Source: Oscillatoria sp. PCC 10802 (GTDB lineage Bacteria > Cyanobacteriota > Cyanobacteriia > Cyanobacteriales > Oscillatoriaceae). Taken from it: a stretch of 64,000 bases of DNA. Position numbers and translations under genes: made by a program. The notes under the pieces are model-generated. The model searched no databases and was not told the origin of the DNA. It saw only the letters and a program-made list of their open reading frames with translations. The stretch lies in assembly GCF_000332335.1 (NCBI RefSeq), contig NZ_KB235948.1, positions 4,158,977 through 4,222,976 of the forward strand, written 5' to 3'. The first letter of the stretch is position 1, and every line of letters starts with the position of its first letter. This document shows positions 1 to 9,374 of the stretch, piece after piece.

Positions 1-302
1 CTGCAGTGCCCGCACGCGGCATTGCAAATATCGTTCACCGCAAAGCTCATCATGTTCGGCAGATTCTTGTTTTGAATCGTCCGGTACAGGGCGCGAGCGA
101 TGAAGTTGGCCGCCGGCTTGCTGAACAGCGCTGGAGTGGAGAGCGAATAGACCGGGTATCCATTGCGGAAATGGATAATTTTGCTGTGGTTTAGATAAAT
201 TTTATACAGAATATTTACGAAATCCGTGCTGTAGTCAAGCGCCCGGGTAGCCAGAAACCACTTGAGGCGCAGATTATTGATCGCAGAGCGCACGTCAACC
301 AT
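1..302 (-). CDS. radical SAM domain protein, N-terminal ~100 aa only (gene continues past window start)
   Basis: ATG at 302 on the minus strand, open frame verified codon by codon to position 1. Translation ends ...SFAVNDICNAACGHC, a CxxxCxxC radical-SAM cluster motif at residues ~95-102. Not in the ORF track because there is no stop inside the window. Confidence 0.5.
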   Translation of the reverse strand, partial: MVDVRSAINNLRLKWFLATRALDYSTDFVNILYKIYLNHSKIIHFRNGYPVYSLSTPALFSKPAANFIARALYRTIQNKNLPNMMSFAVNDICNAACGHC

Positions 303-417
303 CTATTTGCCCTTCAGCCTAAACTTACTTTTTCCAAAGCTAGACTCACTTTATCACAGCCCCACTCCTGCCTGCCGGTGGCTTCAAAAAAATTAACACT
401 TCTCGGTGTTTAGGCCA

Positions 418-700
418 GGTTTGTAGTTGGGCTTTAGCCCAAAGGTTCGTAGTTGGGCTTTAGCCGAAAGGTTCGTAGTTGGGCTTTAGCCGAAAGGTTC
501 GTAGTTGGGCTTTAGCCCAAAGGTTCGTAGTTGGGCTTTAGCCCAAAGGTTCGTAGTTGGGCTTTAGCCCAAAGGTTCGTAGTTGGGCTTTAGCCCAAAA
601 GTTCGTAGTTGGGCTTTAGCCCAAAAGTTTGTAGTTGGGCTTTAGCCCAAAAGTTTGTAGTTGGGCTTTAGCCCAAAAGTTTGTAGTTGGGCTTTAGCCC
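418..700. repeat. 26-bp tandem repeat array, ~11 units (GGTTCGTAGTTGGGCTTTAGCCCAAA consensus; core hairpin GGGCT-TT-AGCCC)
   Basis: Direct reading: period 26 with point variants (ttcg/tttg, ccg/ccc, aaag/aaaag). No unique spacers between units. Confidence 0.95.
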
Positions 701-807
701 TACAGGGAGCGCGTGAGGTGGGACACAAGGGGGAGCGAACTTATTCCGCGACAGGATGACTGCTATCGCAGTGCCGGTCAGGAGAGATGGACAGCTGCCG
801 GTGCTGT

Positions 808-835
808 GTGGGGACGCGACATATCGCGTCCCCAC
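808..835. other. perfect 12-bp stem / 4-nt loop hairpin GTGGGGACGCGA-CATA-TCGCGTCCCCAC, 59 nt downstream of the minus-strand small gene
   Basis: Seen in sequence. No flanking T/U run, so it is a stable hairpin rather than a canonical intrinsic terminator. Confidence 0.5.
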
Positions 836-893
836 AAGGCGGGATTTGCGATTTCCTGGAAGTGCTGACAGAGAGCAATTCAAACCCCAATTT

Positions 894-1184
894 TCACAGG
901 TACTTCTCCTGTAATGCTTCCCATCGGGCTTGGTCGGGGTCAAAGTCAGGGGAAACGGGTTTAGCGTTGGCGAGCCAATCCCTAAAAATATTAATCCTAC
1001 AGGGGAAGTTTTGAGTTTCAGGCTGTTCGCCTGCCGGTGCCGGTCGGGGGTGACTCGCCTCACCGGCATTTTCAACTTCCTGCAAAACGATCACTTCTAC
1101 ATCTCCAGGAGGTAGCTGGAGCGGTCCTGCAAGAATCAAGTGGCCGTTACTGTCAATTGTTCCTTTCAGTTTGTAGGCTTGCAT
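894..1184 (-). CDS. small protein with AbrB/SpoVT-like swapped-hairpin N-terminus (hypothetical)
   Basis: 96-aa ORF. N-terminal KLKGTIDSNGHLILAGPLQLPPGDVEVIVLQ resembles AbrB/MazE-type looped-hinge helix. Bracketed by two 26-bp tandem arrays. Classification is from memory only. Confidence 0.35.
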   Translation of the reverse strand: MQAYKLKGTIDSNGHLILAGPLQLPPGDVEVIVLQEVENAGEASHPRPAPAGEQPETQNFPCRINIFRDWLANAKPVSPDFDPDQARWEALQEKYL

Positions 1185-1226
1185 GATTCAATCCGTCCTT
1201 GGGTTATGTGGTGCAAAGATGGGCCG

Positions 1227-1317
1227 ATTTGTAGTTGGGATTTAGCCCAAAAGTTCGGAGTTGGGCTTTAGCCCAAAAGTTCGGAGTTGGGCTTTAGCCC
1301 AAAAGTTTGTAGTTGGG
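1227..1317. repeat. second copy of the 26-bp tandem array (~3.5 units)
   Basis: Same unit as 418..700. Confidence 0.9.
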
Positions 1318-1740
1318 CTTTAGCCCTACCGGATCTCTTGCCGGCTGTATCTATTATAGACTATTCCCTGCCAATATAGTCTTGAATTTGCTGCATGTAT
1401 TCCTGGTAAAGTTCCAGAGCCAGACTCATGGCATGGTAAACGATGCGCATGACTCGCGCATCGCTGCGCCAGAGCGCAACGCATTCAGATATTTGGCAAT
1501 CGCCTGCAATTTGCGATTTCCAACTGCGCGGTCAAGGGGAGTCATTTTTTAAGCGTTCCAGAGTTTTGCGGATATACACAGGCTGGGAGCGCCGCAGCTT
1601 TTCAGTATCGGCATAAATCTTCCAAACTTTGAGCTGAAATTTGACAGCGATTTGGGAGCGGGTTTCTGGGTTGAAGGGATCGGAATTTTGCATCATTCTT
1701 CAAGTTTAGGGCACCGGCACTCAGAGTATGGGAGTTCCCT

Positions 1741-1830
1741 TGCTAGGACGATGGACCTCTCTTGCTCGGACGATGGACCTCTGAGTTCGACTGATGGACC
1801 TCCCTTGCTAGGACGATGGACCTCCCTTGC
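1741..1830. repeat. ~21-bp tandem repeat (CTTGCTAGGACGATGGACCTC-like, 4 units; shared core GATGGACCTC)
   Basis: Seen in sequence. A related array occurs at 41850..41965. Confidence 0.85.
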
Positions 1831-1973
1831 TCGTGGACATCTGCCAGCACCTGCCAGATGTCGCGCAAAAGCGCTATTGCACCGGCTTCCCTAAAATGCC
1901 GGCCTTCAGGGAACTCTCCATTTAGGGGCTGGCCCTCTATAAACTCCTCAACCAGATATATAGCACTAGGCAC
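1743..1973 (-). pseudogene. protein kinase fragment (catalytic-domain hinge/alphaE region) interrupted by the GATGGACCTC tandem repeat
   Basis: Translation YLVEEFIEGQPL...ALLRDIWQVLADVHEQG matches the Hanks kinase hinge plus alphaE helix. The reading then degenerates inside the tandem repeat and no HRDLKPEN follows. Confidence 0.3.
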
Positions 1974-2346
1974 TTAGGGCACGAACGTCCCAATCAGTGA
2001 GTGTCTTGCGCCAGAAAAGTCTGGCCAAATCCGCCGCCGCCGAGGTGTCTGACGACTTGACAGCGACCGGCTAGTGTGGATTCTGTCATAGGAGCGAGTA
2101 TTTATTTTGCAGTGGAGTCCGCACCCTCCATCCATACTAACTCACTGCGCTCTGTGTGCTTGGCGGCAGCGGCGGAAGGCGATTGCCGGCGGGAGTCTTT
2201 GGGAGAAACAGGAATTTGTTAAAAAACAATTATGAGTTTTAAAAGTGGGGTGAGTAACAGCCGGCAACTCACCGACTGTAGCCATATTTACTAAAGTGAG
2301 AGGCTCCCCGACAGTCAGCGCTTGCCGGTTGAGCCGGCTGGGACTG

Positions 2347-2397
2347 CATATAGCGGAGAAACCCGGTTTCTTTAAGAAACCGGGTTTCTCACTATAT
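2347..2397. repeat. MITE family A copy (palindromic core GAGAAACCCGGTTTCTTTAAGAAACCGGGTTTCTC with left arm ATATAGCGG)
   Basis: Perfect 35-bp palindrome shared with 8 other loci. Confidence 0.9.
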
Positions 2398-3042
2398 CTG
2401 GGACGGGAGCATGTTAATTTCCGTAAATATACTGAATCGCAGGGGCGATCGATGCGGGTTTTTTCTCTCACCTCTCTGCCCCTCTCCCCTCAATCCTGAG
2501 TTGGGCAATATGTTTGCCTCCCTTCAGATGTCCCCTTGCGGGACTGCCGGCGGAAGTTCTATAATTTCAGTAATTGTTCTGGCTTACTGTCAACTGAATG
2601 CTTGTTTAAAACTCGCCCCAGTCCTTGTTTCCCGCAAAGAGAGCAATTCGTCACCCCCCAAGTCAGGCCGTGCTTGTAACTCCGCCCAGTTGTCGCCCCA
2701 GTCGCTTCAGTAAAAACTTGGATGCAAGCCGGTTAACCTAGAGATTATTAAGTGATAGCTCTGAGGTTCAGATCACATTTAATTCTGACGAGAATCACCG
2801 AAAGGCGTGACGAAAAACACTGTTAAGTACGAGAGAGTAGTGCAGAATGAAGACAGTTAAGGAAAGCCCTCGATCGAGAAAGACGAGGCATCTGGATAAA
2901 TCAAAAGGAAATCAGGGAACTCTATAGGCAAGAGAGCTGTCTAATATCTGGGGTTACTTAGAAAGTTAAACCGAGAGACAGCGAAAAACATATACCGATT
3001 TTAGATAAAGGGCCGTCACCCATACCACTAAGGAGAATTATT

Positions 3043-3264
3043 ATGTCCCGCCCTACTACCCTAGCGCTCGCGATTGCTTTAGCCCTGGCTGCAGCAGGCT
3101 GCACTTCTTCTGTTTCGACTAGATATGTCTCAGAAAAAAGCTTGGGTCAAGAGCGGCTACTTCCGCTTTTAGACGCTTCGGGAAAGAAAGATAAGAATGG
3201 CGGCCAATCAGAGGCGCGATCATTATTTTGTCTGCCTTATCCTTTCCCCCCTTGGTGTATATAA
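3043..3264 (+). CDS. small putative lipoprotein (hypothetical)
   Basis: AAGGAG 7 nt upstream of the ATG. Signal peptide with lipobox LAAAGC. An overlapping alternative frame carries a Pmp3-like ...LSPLGVYK motif, so a frameshift is possible. Confidence 0.35.
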   Translation: MSRPTTLALAIALALAAAGCTSSVSTRYVSEKSLGQERLLPLLDASGKKDKNGGQSEARSLFCLPYPFPPWCI

Positions 3265-3419
3265 AATAAAAGACTGTAAATGACCCGTAAGGGTTGTATT
3301 CCTTAAAGCGAGATATTGGAAGTCTTCTCGCTTGATTTCAGTTCAAGGTTGAGGAAATTACTGATAGACAGAGAGCGGGGGGCGGTGTAGCATAGTGATG
3401 CGTCACCCCCCCTAATGGT

Positions 3420-5819
3420 ATGAAGCTTCCTGTTTGCCGACTCCTGTGGCTAGCTGCGAATTTAACTCTGTGCTGTCTCATTCCGGTCAACTCGGCGCGA
3501 GCGCAAATAGCAGCGGATGGCACCTTACCCACCAGCGTCACCGCCTCGGATAGCGCCAACTTTACTGTCGGGGCAGGCAGTCGCGCCGGAAATAACCTGT
3601 TCCACAGCTTTCGGGAATTTTCCGTGCCGGCTGGTGGCTCGGTTTTTTTCAATAACGCCCCAGAGGTGCTCCATATCATCAGCCGCGTCACGGGTGGAAA
3701 CATCTCCAAGATTGATGGCACCCTGAGAGCCAACGGCACCGCCAACCTGTTTCTGCTCAATCCCAATGGGGTGATATTTGGCCCCAATGCCAGCCTGGAC
3801 ATTGGCGGCTCCTTTTTTGCTTCCAGTGCCAACAGCCTCAAGTTTGCCGATGGCACTGAGTTCAGCGCCACAAACTCCTCTTCGGCTCCGCCCCTGCTGA
3901 CGGTCAGCGTTCCCACCGGCCTGCAATTCGGTTCCAATCCCGGGCCGGTCGTCAATCGCTCCCAGACCACTGTAGTGAATTCACCCACAGGACAGCCGGT
4001 TGGTCTGCAGGTGCAGTCCGAGCGAACCTTAGCTCTGGTGGGGGGTGAAGTGCGTTTAGAGGAGGGCAATCTCACCGCTCCCGGAGGACGGATTGAGTTG
4101 GGGAGTGTGGAAAGCAACAGTTCAGTGAACCTGAACTCGAGCAATAGAGGTTTTGCTCTCAGCTATGAGGGGGTGCAAAATTTCCGAGACATTTACCTGT
4201 CTGGGGGATCTGCGATTGACGTGACCAATTTCAGCCCTGTCGGAGGCAGTGGAGATGTCCGAGTCCAGGGCAGGCGCGTCACACTCACGGGGGGGTCGCA
4301 AATCGCCTCTTTCACCATCGGAGCAGTATCATCTGGCTCTATAGCAATAACGGCTTCAGAGTCAGTAGAACTCATTGGTACTGGGATTAGAAGAAATCCA
4401 ACATATCTGCCGGTTCGCACCAACTTGACTACCACAACAATTGGTGATGGCAATGCCGGAGACTTGACTGTCAGCACCCGACGACTGATTGTCCGAGATG
4501 GTGCCGGAATATTCACTAACTCTCTTTCATTCCCGATGAAGACTCCTCAAGGTCGGGCTGGGAATTTGAGAGTGATGGCCTCGGAATCGGTAGAAATCAG
4601 CGGTAGCGTGCCAATCTTGGGAGCGAGTGGATTAAGTGTTGAAACGAGAACTGGTGGAGATGCCGGAACTTTGGAAATTACCACCGGCAGGCTGATTCTC
4701 CGAGATGGAGCCGAGGTATCAGCAGCCACCTCCGGTGCCGGTCGGGGAGGAACTGTAACAGTAGTGGCTTCGGAGTCTGTGGAGGTCAGTGGCACCGGCA
4801 CAGACAGTCCGGGTCAGGTTTTGCCCAGCCGGCTGAAAGCGACCAGTGCCAGCGCGGGCGATGCCGGCAACTTGACACTCACCACCGGCACCCTCACTGT
4901 CCGCAATGGCGCTGAAATCACCGTCAGCGGCACGGGAACGGGAGGGGCCGGCAACTTAGACATCCAAGCGAGCCGGCTTCAACTCGACACTGCCGGTCGC
5001 CTGAGAGCCGAAACCGCAGCCGGCAGCAGGGGCAGCATTCAGCTAGACACCGGCAGCACACTCCTGCGCCACAACAGTTCTATCACCACAGAAGCCACCG
5101 GCACTGCTTCCGGCGGCAACATCACCATCAGCACCGGCACCATAACCGCCCTGGAAAATAGCAAAATCATCGCTAGTGCCATCGGGGGTGCTGGGGGGAA
5201 CATCCAGATCGACACCCGAGGCATCTTCCGGTCTGCCAACAGTGAAATCACGGCCAGTTCCCAGTTTGGAGTTTCCGGCACCGTCACGATCAGCAACCCA
5301 GAAGTAGACCCCAGTGCCGGATTAGTGGAATTGCCCTCTGCAGTGGAAGACCCCACCCAGCAAATCGCTGTTGGATGCGCCGCCGATCGGGGCAACTCAC
5401 TGACTGTCACCGGACGGGGCGGCTTGCCAGAAGACCCAACGGCCACGATCAGAGGCCAGACCGTTTGGCGAGATTTGCAAGATTTTTCCCAACCGGCACA
5501 GAGCCGCCAAAATTCCTCACAGCCGAATCCCCAGTCGCCGGTGCCCCACGGCGTTGCAGCGAAACAGGACTCACTCTCCAAAACCCCCATCTCTCTCTCC
5601 CCCTCCCGAAGCGCGGGGAGGGGGTTGGGGGGTGGGGTTCAGAATCCCCGGACTGGGCAACCCCTGCCCAACCCCCAACCCCAACTTGTGGAAGCCACCG
5701 GCTGGGCCATCGACGCCCGGGGCAATGTCGAGCTAGTCGCTTCTGTGCCGGCTGCCGGCTCTGCCCCGCACCGGCCACCAGACTGCCACACCGCTCACCA
5801 ACAGGGCAGGGCTCGCTAA
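3420..5819 (+). CDS. filamentous-haemagglutinin N-terminal (TPS/haemagg_act) domain protein, secreted
   Basis: Signal peptide, then the conserved TPS-domain block NNLFHSFREFSVPAGGSVFFNN...ISRVTGGNISKIDGTL...ANLFLLNPNGVIFG. Rest is G/T/S-rich beta-strand repeats. C-terminal GWAIDARGNVELVA. Confidence 0.85.
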   Translation: MKLPVCRLLWLAANLTLCCLIPVNSARAQIAADGTLPTSVTASDSANFTVGAGSRAGNNLFHSFREFSVPAGGSVFFNNAPEVLHIISRVTGGNISKIDGTLRANGTANLFLLNPNGVIFGPNASLDIGGSFFASSANSLKFADGTEFSATNSSSAPPLLTVSVPTGLQFGSNPGPVVNRSQTTVVNSPTGQPVGLQVQSERTLALVGGEVRLEEGNLTAPGGRIELGSVESNSSVNLNSSNRGFALSYEGVQNFRDIYLSGGSAIDVTNFSPVGGSGDVRVQGRRVTLTGGSQIASFTIGAVSSGSIAITASESVELIGTGIRRNPTYLPVRTNLTTTTIGDGNAGDLTVSTRRLIVRDGAGIFTNSLSFPMKTPQGRAGNLRVMASESVEISGSVPILGASGLSVETRTGGDAGTLEITTGRLILRDGAEVSAATSGAGRGGTVTVVASESVEVSGTGTDSPGQVLPSRLKATSASAGDAGNLTLTTGTLTVRNGAEITVSGTGTGGAGNLDIQASRLQLDTAGRLRAETAAGSRGSIQLDTGSTLLRHNSSITTEATGTASGGNITISTGTITALENSKIIASAIGGAGGNIQIDTRGIFRSANSEITASSQFGVSGTVTISNPEVDPSAGLVELPSAVEDPTQQIAVGCAADRGNSLTVTGRGGLPEDPTATIRGQTVWRDLQDFSQPAQSRQNSSQPNPQSPVPHGVAAKQDSLSKTPISLSPSRSAGRGLGGGVQNPRTGQPLPNPQPQLVEATGWAIDARGNVELVASVPAAGSAPHRPPDCHTAHQQGRAR

Positions 5820-5881
5820 GGGAGACGTTAAAATTTATTTAAAAATTTAAGCAAAACCCCCAGTTCCAGACGCGCCCGGTA

Positions 5882-6591
5882 TTGAGTACAATTGGAAATT
5901 ATCCCCAACGCCTACTTGCTGGGAGCGAGGCCGGCTCTATGGTCAAGTCCGATGCGAAAATCCACCTACCAACGAGCGACGAACTCCCTTGCTCGGATGA
6001 CTCTCCTGTGGACAGAGAAGACCAAAATTGGATTCCCAATTTCCTGTTATTCCTGCTGGAATTTATTTGGGGGAATCGCGAGGACGGGTATTTTGAGGCG
6101 GATATGGCGATCGATCGCACCACCGTCGTCAGTCCGCTGGTGCCGGCGGTTCCCGACGGGTTCTTAAGTCTGGTCGATAATGTTCCCCCCATCTCTATCA
6201 GAGCATTGGTTTCCCACACTTGCGGGGGGGAATACGACACCAAAAAGGAAATTTATGCCAATTTAGAGGTGCTGGATTCCCTGGTGTATAACCCGCAAGA
6301 TTGGCGGCAGGAGGGGCAGCAACCCTTTGAACTCTACCGGCCTCGGGAGGTGGCAGCTACCAGAAGCAAATTGGAGAGCATTTCTGGATGCCAGAAATCG
6401 GTTTGGGAATAGGGCGAGTGCAGTTGCTGGTAGGGGGAGCCGAGCGGGAAGTGCTGTGCTGGTACGACCGGCAGGGCGCTCGGGATAGGACCCCCTCTGA
6501 AGCCGCGCAACAAGCTAGGCAACGGCTGGAATTCGCCCAACAGCAACTGGAACGATACCGCATGTTATTTGGGGAGTTACCACAAGAGTAA
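5882..6591 (+). pseudogene. Uma2 family (DUF820) putative endonuclease, frameshifted near 6350-6400
   Basis: Frame A (5882..6412) carries LPTSDELPCSDDSP...DGYFEADM...PPISIRALVSHT...KKEIYANLEV. Frame B (6388..6591) carries the typical C-terminus VLCWYDRQG...AAQQARQRLEFAQQQLERY. The two halves of one family sit in different frames. Confidence 0.55.
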
Positions 6592-6603
6592 CCAAAAACC
6601 ACA

Positions 6604-9336
6604 ATGGCAATTATCCGCTGGCTACTGAGAAGCATTCACTCTGGCGTCAGGTTGGGGCGCGCCCAGCGTAAAACCGCGCCAAGGCAACGGGCCAGACTGT
6701 CTTTTGTCGGGCTGGCATTGCTGGCCCTGCTTCTCGTGACTGCGGTGCTGCCGGCAGTTGCCCGAGAGCCCGCTCCGCCGCCAGAGGTGGCAGGATCGCC
6801 GGTGTCAGCTGCGCCGCAACTGTTGCAGCAGGGAAAACAGCTCTACCAAGGGGGACGGTTTGTTGAAGCCGCCACCGTCTGGCAGCAAGCCGCCATTGAA
6901 TATGAAGCTGCCGGTGAATGGCTAAACCTCGCCCAAATCCTAAACTATCTGTCACTGGCGTATCAAGACTTGGGCGAGTGGGAGCGAGCGCGCGCCGCCA
7001 TCGAGAAAAGCCTGAACCTGCTGTCAAATCAGAACCAGCGAGAGGGAAAGAGCGAGGCAATCCGGGCTCAAGCGCTTAACGCTTTTGGCCGGCTGCAACT
7101 GGCAACTGGACAGACAGAAGCGGCTTTAGAAACTTGGAAAGCCGCCGAAGCCGCCTACCTGGCAGCGGGGAATCAGACCGGCAGGCTGGGAAGCCAGATT
7201 AACCAAGCCCAAGCCTTGCAATACCTGGGCCACTACCGGCAGGCAAAAACGCTCTTAGAGAAACTGCTCGATGAACTGCTCGCTCAGCCGGACACTGCCC
7301 TGAAAGCCGACGGATTGCGGAGTTTGGGCACAGTCCTGCAGCGAGTGGGAGATTTGCTGCGCTCGAAAGAAATCTTGGAGCAAAGTTGGGCGATTAGCCA
7401 GCGCCTCGGTGCCACTGCCGGCACTGGTGCGGCACTGCTGGGCATCGGCAATATTGCCAGAGACCTAGATCAATATGATGTCGCTCTGGCGTACTACCAG
7501 CAGGCGGCAAAAATGGCACAAGACCCCCTGGCTCGGGCGCAAGCGCAGCTCAACCAGCTCAGCCTGCTGGTGGACACCGAAAAGCGGTCATTAGCCAGCG
7601 CCCTCGTGCCGCAAATCGAGTCGGACCTGTCTGAACTGCCGCCCTCTCGCGCCTCTGTTGACGCCCGGGTGAATCTGGCAGAAAGCCTGATGAAGCTGTC
7701 TGCCGGTGGGGGCGAAGCATTCGGGCCGCGGACCTCTGGGGGCACGCCAGCAGGTGCCGGCCCTCTGGCGTCGCCCTTGCAGGGATTAGGGAACAAACAG
7801 CAAACGCCAACAGCCGGGCCCTTGAAAGTCGCCGGACTGCTGGCAACAGCCGTGCGAGAAGCCCGACAGCTGGGCGATCCGCGAGCTGAAGCGTCCGCTC
7901 TCAATCAGCTGGCAAAGCTCTACGAACAGACCCAGCAGTGGGAAGAGTCCCAAAACCTGGCGCAACTTTCGCTGCAAATTGCCCAGAAGATTGACGCCAC
8001 CGATCAGGTGGCTCGCGCCGCGTGGCAGCTGGGCCGCACTCTCAAAGAAAAAGGGGATATCGCTGCGGCAACAGCGGCTTATACTGAAGCAGTGAATGCG
8101 CTCGCTAACCTGCGCAGTGACTTAGTAGCGATTAATCGCGAGGTTCAGTTTAACTTCAAAGAAAGTGTGGAGCCGGTGTACCGAGAACTGGTGAGCCTGC
8201 TGCTGGGAGCGGGTGCCGGTCAAGCCAACCTCAGGAAAGCTCGCGAGGTGATTGAAGCCCTGCAACTGGCAGAATTGGACAACTTCTTTAAAGACGCTTG
8301 CGTGGAAACTCATCCCGTGCGGGTGGAGGGGATTGACGCACAAGCTGCCGTCATCTATCCAATTATTTTGAGCGACCGGCTAGAAGTGATTGTGTCCCTG
8401 CCCAATTCACCCAGCCGCCACTACGCCACCCCACTCCCTGGCCCGGAAATCGAAAAAAATATAAAAAAATTATATTCTTCTCTTTATATAGGGTATTCTA
8501 GTAATGAGCGATTGCGGCTCTCCCAAAAAGTTTACGACTGGCTGATCCGACCGGCTGAGGCGGATCTCGCCAGTCACGGCATCAAAACCCTGGTGTTTGT
8601 CCTGGATGGGGTCTTTCGCTCTTTGCCAATGGCTGCCCTTTACGACGGAAAGCAGTATCTCGTCGAGAAATACAGCGTCGCGATCAGCCCAGGGTTGCAG
8701 CTATTCCCACAGGGACTGTCAAGAAATCAGCTAAAAATCTTAGCGGTTGGGCTTGCCGAGGCGCGTCAGGGGTTTTCCGCCTTGCCGGGAGTGGAGGCAG
8801 AAGTCAAACAAATTGCTGTCTTAGCAAATTCTAAGGTACTTCTGAACCGGCAGTTCACGCGCGCCAGTTTTAAAGACCAGATAAACGGAACAGAATTTCC
8901 AGTCGTTCACCTGGCCACTCACGGTCAATTCAGCTCCAATCCTGAAGAGACATTTTTGCTCACGTGGGATGGCCGGATCGCGGTAAAAGATTTAGACCGC
9001 TTGCTGCAAGCGAGAGGGCAAGAAAATCTTAACCCCATTGAACTGCTGGTTTTAAGTGCCTGCCAAACAGCAGCCGGCGACGGGCGAGCCGCACTGGGAT
9101 TGGCGGGATTCGCACTGCGGTCAGGGGCCAGAAGTACCTTGGCAACCCTGTGGGCGGTCAGCGACAAATCCACGGCGAACTTGATGACTGAGTTTTACCA
9201 GAAGTTAACCCAGCCACAGCAGAATATTACCAAAGCCGAAGCGCTCCGTCAAGCTCAACTGGCCCTGCTGAAAAATCCGCAGTACAGCCACCCCTATTTT
9301 TGGGCCCCTTTTGTATTAGTGGGAAACTGGCTGTGA
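6604..9336 (+). CDS. TPR-repeat / CHAT-domain protein (caspase-like protease fold), N-terminal signal/anchor
   Basis: 910 aa. N-terminal hydrophobic segment, ~350 aa of TPR-like repeats, C-terminal CHAT signature (...HLATHGQF...LLVLSACQTA...YFWAPFVLVGNW). Confidence 0.9.
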   Translation: MAIIRWLLRSIHSGVRLGRAQRKTAPRQRARLSFVGLALLALLLVTAVLPAVAREPAPPPEVAGSPVSAAPQLLQQGKQLYQGGRFVEAATVWQQAAIEYEAAGEWLNLAQILNYLSLAYQDLGEWERARAAIEKSLNLLSNQNQREGKSEAIRAQALNAFGRLQLATGQTEAALETWKAAEAAYLAAGNQTGRLGSQINQAQALQYLGHYRQAKTLLEKLLDELLAQPDTALKADGLRSLGTVLQRVGDLLRSKEILEQSWAISQRLGATAGTGAALLGIGNIARDLDQYDVALAYYQQAAKMAQDPLARAQAQLNQLSLLVDTEKRSLASALVPQIESDLSELPPSRASVDARVNLAESLMKLSAGGGEAFGPRTSGGTPAGAGPLASPLQGLGNKQQTPTAGPLKVAGLLATAVREARQLGDPRAEASALNQLAKLYEQTQQWEESQNLAQLSLQIAQKIDATDQVARAAWQLGRTLKEKGDIAAATAAYTEAVNALANLRSDLVAINREVQFNFKESVEPVYRELVSLLLGAGAGQANLRKAREVIEALQLAELDNFFKDACVETHPVRVEGIDAQAAVIYPIILSDRLEVIVSLPNSPSRHYATPLPGPEIEKNIKKLYSSLYIGYSSNERLRLSQKVYDWLIRPAEADLASHGIKTLVFVLDGVFRSLPMAALYDGKQYLVEKYSVAISPGLQLFPQGLSRNQLKILAVGLAEARQGFSALPGVEAEVKQIAVLANSKVLLNRQFTRASFKDQINGTEFPVVHLATHGQFSSNPEETFLLTWDGRIAVKDLDRLLQARGQENLNPIELLVLSACQTAAGDGRAALGLAGFALRSGARSTLATLWAVSDKSTANLMTEFYQKLTQPQQNITKAEALRQAQLALLKNPQYSHPYFWAPFVLVGNWL

Positions 9337-9374
9337 GCGCTAAATCATTAACATTTGAATTGCGAGGTTTAATT

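Noticed and set aside
6-194. 62-aa plus-strand ORF at window start
   Set aside because: It is antisense to the verified minus-strand radical-SAM N-terminus (1..302).
418-700. Possible CRISPR array
   Set aside because: The 26-bp units are contiguous direct repeats with no intervening unique spacers. There are no cas genes in the window.
3338-4144. 268-aa minus-strand ORF
   Set aside because: Antisense inside the TPS-domain gene. No domain signal.
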